Assembly: GCF_026571515.1 (NCBI RefSeq)
Contig: NW_026862094.1
Coordinates: 62,001 to 126,000 of the forward strand
Reading direction: 5' to 3'
Origin: Ruditapes philippinarum
Taxonomy: Eukaryota
Length of the DNA: 64,000 bases
Part shown: piece by piece, positions 62,905 to 64,000 of the stretch
Numbering within the stretch: position 1 is the stretch's first letter
Layout of the letters: every line of letters begins with the position of its first letter
Notes under the pieces: generated by a model
What the model saw: the letters and a program-made list of their open reading frames with translations, nothing else
The model's database searches: none
What the model was told of the DNA's origin: nothing
Program-made: the position numbers and the translations under genes

Positions 62905-64000
62905 ATGGCAAATTCCAGCGACGAAAACGAGTTCATAAGAAACCTTCTATTCCCAGATGATGAAAACGTAACGTATGAACCAAGCTCACCGGAAGTGCGA
63001 GATCAGCTAAGAAAACTAAATGAAAAGTTACTGGATGGTTCTGTGTGTCCAAAATGTGGAAAGCAATTTTTTAATAAATCGAATTCAATAAAACACCAGA
63101 GATCGGCAGTGTGTGATAAAAAAAAGGAAAAACGCTGTCAAACTTGTAAAAAGGAGTTCAGGAAACCGTGTGAATTAAAGAGACATATGCTACAATGTGC
63201 TGCTATGACAGAGCAATGTACTTTATGCCAGAAGAAGTTTAAATCACGAAAATATCTGGACCTTCATATGCAACGGTCCCATGAGAACGCTTGTCCAATA
63301 TGTGGTGAAAATTTTGTGGACAACAGAGAACAGCTTGTTGCTCACGCAAGAAGACATTTCAAGGATGACTATCTAACACTGCCTCAAGTGAAAGCACTTA
63401 GGAAAATAACTGGTAAATCGGCGTTGCTTCCGGTGGACCGGAATAGTAATTCTAGTGATTCATCTAACGCCGTTCGTGCTTCTAGTGATCCAATTCCAGG
63501 ACCATCCGGTGCGCCGAACATGGATCCGGCCTTTCAGCAAACATCAAGACCGATACACGGAAACGCTGGTATAGAGATATCGGTTACTCCAAGTGGCACA
63601 GAAAAATATTCCCTGTTGGCGCTGTTTGACGGGAAACGACAACAAATAAGTTGGAACCTAGAGACGCATTTACAAAGGTAACACATTTTTATCATGTAAT
63701 TTATATACATCAAATATGTGTGTGTGAATTAATGTATAGCATAAATACGAACTAAATTTAAACGCATGTGATTATCAAATTTATATACATGTACACATTA
63801 TAATTATGAATATCGATATCAATTTTTTTCCGAAGCAAGAAAATATAATGCCTCTGGAGCACCCATTGAATAAAATATTCATTCAAACAGTTTATAGAAG
63901 TATATATATTTCACTTCCCTTTGCAGATGGACCAATGTGCGTTGGTATTTGAATGCAAAATGCAGGATGATTCGGTACGACAACGAAGGAAATATAAGGT
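62905..64000 (+). CDS. Zinc-finger protein, probably the N-terminus of the Polinton protein-primed DNA polymerase B; spliced, runs off the window
   Basis: Exon 62905-63677 has four C2H2/C2HC fingers. A phase-2 intron (63678-63926) joins to give LLALFDGKRQQISWNLETHLQR-WTNVRWYLNAKCRMIR, which resembles the region before the polymerase domains in Polinton pPolB. No catalytic motifs are in the window. Confidence 0.65.

Larger units (their letters stand above)
50180..64000 (+). mobile_element. Polinton/Maverick (adintovirus-like) endogenous viral element, continuing past the right edge; left end not defined
   Basis: Compact, visibly more GC-rich cluster of rve integrase, minor capsid and major capsid, plus a zinc-finger protein resembling pPolB N-termini. 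No ATPase or protease seen in the window. Confidence 0.88.

Overview
AT-rich, intron-rich animal genomic DNA, most likely a bivalve mollusc (inferred from the HSPA12, C1qDC and lectin genes and the repeat types). The first ~50 kb holds three spliced minus-strand host genes rebuilt exon by exon: an HSPA12-type atypical Hsp70, a secreted C1q-domain protein, and a 16-exon secreted (EGF-CTLD)x3 lectin. Between them lie LINE remnants, MITEs and two ~2 kb foldback elements with 5-bp TSDs. From ~50.2 kb to the window end is a Polinton/Maverick (adintovirus-like) endogenous virus: small membrane protein, rve integrase with chromodomain, minor capsid, basic protein, major capsid, and the zinc-finger N-terminus of a probable pPolB. 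This element is the most unusual part. Its genes carry spliceosomal introns, and the major-capsid intron is flanked by an 8-bp direct repeat. It also carries two accessory genes the ORF track splits: a spliced type I membrane protein, and a KEN-box/RxL/acidic protein with a C-terminal F-box behind a single in-frame TGA. All family assignments come from motif recognition by eye, not database searches.
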